A stretch of DNA of 22,724 bases, taken from Tubiluchus corallicola. Taxonomy: Eukaryota; Animalia; Priapulida. Every line of letters starts with the position of its first letter. Positions within the stretch are counted from its first letter, which is position 1. The stretch lies in contig JAQGDQ010001118.1 of NCBI GenBank assembly GCA_030141605.1, positions 1 to 22,724 of the forward strand, in the 5' to 3' direction. The position numbers were made by a program, and so were the translations under genes. Positions 20,390-22,724 of this stretch are shown piece after piece. Under the pieces are notes generated by a model. The model made no database searches. It was not told the DNA's origin and was given only the letters and a program-made list of their open reading frames with translations.

Positions 20390-21024
20390 TAGGGGCGAGC
20401 ATTGTCTACCAGAAAGCGAATTCGCATGGAACCGAATTTGTGACTTTCGAATTCGAATCGAACCGAACTTCAGCGTTTCGAATTCGAATTGAGATCGAAA
20501 GATTTTCGAACAAGTTTTCGAACCACCAGTAAAAATTAGTCTTACAAAGATCATGCATATCACTAGATTTTGTTCTGCAATAAAACGACTATTAATTTGT
20601 TTAAAATTGTGTGCAGAAATCACAGCTAATTTATGCTAATTGCATGATGTTTCAATCGTTTTAGTGATCAGGAACATATGTGATTGAAGTGCTGAATTAT
20701 TCGAATCTATAGTTCTGGATTCGAATCGAGTTCGAACTAAAAAGAGTCGCTCGAAGCGTTCGATGCTCATTAGCTGCTGATTAGCAATTACGGATGAGCA
20801 TCGAACGTTCGAATTCTATTCGAACCTAAAACCATAGATCCATATAATTCAACTTTTCAGTCACATATGTTCTTTATCGTTAAAAGGTTTGCAGCATCAT
20901 GATTGAGCTGTGATTTCTGTGCACACTTTCTGCGAATTCGAAATAGTGAAGATCGGTTCGACTCTAATTCGAAAGTCACAAATTCGATTCGAATTCGCTT
21001 TCTGGTAGAGAATGCTCACCCCTG
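20390..21024. mobile_element. Foldback-like MITE, palindromic along most of its length
   Basis: taggggcgagcattgtctaccagaaagcgaattcg / cgaattcgctttctggtagagaatgctcacccctg; central 14-bp perfect stem 20757-20770 / 20794-20807. Confidence 0.88.
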
Positions 21025-21160
21025 CAAGTAATGCATTTATACAGACTAAAGTGCGCCAAAAAAAATTGTCATACATAGAAATTTAAGGGGGCATCTTGAA
21101 ATTATGCAATTTAAACATGCTCAGGTCATTTTGGTATAACTGTGACGTCACAGTTGTTAA

Positions 21161-21992
21161 TCTACTATCTACTATTATATTAATATTCTTGGTATCTTAA
21201 TATATATATATATTTATTTATTTATATATAAGATTCGAGGCTACAGCCCGGACGAGGGCACCATTTGCGGCGATCTATATATCAAACGAAAGGTCTCGAT
21301 CTAGTGTCGTCTCATTGGGGGTTTATTTTTCGAATCGGGCCCACCGGGAGGAACGGGGGGCGAAAAACCTCCAAAAATGGCCATTTTTCGGCCGTTTTTT
21401 GCAAAAGTTATACGGCTGAGATGTAGAGAACGGGAACGGGCCGAGGGGGGTACTGGGTATGGATAGATAGCCCGTTCAGCGATGGGTGTCATAGGCCTAT
21501 TTAGAATTCGCGAGAGGGCTAGGGCGCCCAGCAACGGGCGTTTTCCCGGACCCAACTCGCGATTTTTTCGAAATTTCGGCCAAACAGCCTGCGGGAAAAA
21601 CGTTCTAGCGGCGCCCGGTGCGACTCTGGGAAGGAGATATATAGCTCATCAGAAAGAGGAAGAACGGGGCTACACGATGATGTGGGCTATATTTTAGGGC
21701 AGGTCCACCGAGAGGAGTATCAACGAGTTAATTGGGAGTTCTATTTTCGGCAATTTTCGCTTAGAAAACTGCTGACGCAAAGCTATTGTTGTGACGTCAT
21801 CCATTGTACTCTGCTGTAATCTTATAACTTTAATTCAGCAAAAAGCTGCCTGCTACGGGTTTGCGTTAGTTAAACAAACAGTAGGCATGATGTTACGGGC
21901 TTTGTGTTATAAATGAGGACTAGGTAGGATGTTCGCGTATTATTGATTACACGTGTATTTATACGCAAAATCTTTTGCGGGGCCTTTGCTAT
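21161..21992 (+). mobile_element. Helitron-like non-autonomous element
   Basis: A|TCTACTA...TATATA start; 3' hairpin cgcaaaa-tc-ttttgcg (21964-21979) followed 9 nt later by ctat (CTAG variant); related fragment at 9195-9420; ends tentative. Confidence 0.45.
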
Positions 21993-22142
21993 TTATTATA
22001 TTATAGCACATAGTTTCAACTTTGTGAAAAATGTTTGGAATGGTTTTGTTGTAATGCTGTGCTGTTGGTGCTTGTGCTATAGGTGTCGTCATCATTGCCA
22101 CCATCATCATCATCATCATTAACATCATGATCACCACGTGAG

Positions 22143-22724
22143 GTGGTGGATTTGATGTGGTGTGGTGGTGGTGTGCTTTGTGTGTTGTGCTATGGATGGT
22201 GTGTGGGGTGTGGTGTGGGTAGTGTGGTATGGAGTGGGTGGCGTGGTGTGTGGGTGGTGGTGCAGTGCGGTGTGATGTGGTGGAGTATTATGGTGTGGGT
22301 GGTGTGGTGGTGTGTGGGTGGTGCGGTGCAGTGGTATGGTGTGGTGCAGTGTGGTGTGATGTGGTGGAGTCGTATGGTGTGGGTGGTGTGTGGTGTGGTG
22401 GTGTGTGGGTGGTGCAGTGTGCTGCAGTGGTATGGTGTGGTGCGGTGTGGTGTGATGTGGTGGAGTGGTATGGTGTGGTGTGTAGGTGGGTGGGTGGTGT
22501 GGTGTTATGGTGTGGTGCTGTGCGGTGTGATGTGGTGGAGTATTATGGTGTGGGTGGTGTGGTGTGTGGGTGGTGCAGTGGTATGGTGTGGTGCAGTGTG
22601 GTGTGATGTGGTGGAGTCGTATGGTGTGGGTGGTGTGGTGTGTAGGTGGTATGGTGTGGTGCAGTGTGGTGTTATGGTGTGGTGCTGTGCGGTGTGATGT
22701 GGTGGAGTATTATGGTGTGGTGGT
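22143..22724. repeat. GT-rich (TGTGG)n-like low-complexity satellite, preceded by (CAT)n
   Basis: Runs of ggtgtggtgtgg with recurring gtgatgtggtggagt; continues to the window end. Confidence 0.95.

Noticed and set aside
21138-21155. Perfect 18-nt palindrome aactgtgacgtcacagtt with a CRE core
   Set aside because: No associated promoter or gene visible; lies between repeats
22143-22697. Val/Trp/Cys/Gly-rich ORFs
   Set aside because: Artefacts of GT-rich low-complexity sequence

Overview
Eukaryotic (invertebrate animal-like) genomic window containing the last eight coding exons of an axonemal dynein heavy chain gene on the + strand. The spliced translation most resembles DNAH12 and ends ...[15 protein letters not shown] at 18221; all seven introns are GT-AG with consistent phases. 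The introns are filled with tandem arrays (61, 41, ~31, 165, 60, 63 and 92 nt units) and small mobile elements: a 5S-headed SINE, a tRNA-headed SINE, hAT- and piggyBac-type MITEs, a Tc1 deletion derivative nested in a LINE remnant, Helitron-like elements and a foldback element. The most unusual signal is that three of the repeats are built from the gene's own splice junctions. One is a 34-copy 61-nt array in which each unit reads as a complete GT...branch...(Y)n-CAG mini-intron that would regenerate the donor, a recursive-splicing-like architecture. The others are a duplicated donor that would introduce a premature stop and four in-frame 60-nt copies of an acceptor. A 285-nt Helitron-like element carries heat-shock elements plus a TATA box pointing antisense into the gene. 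Family assignments come from motif recognition, not database searches.
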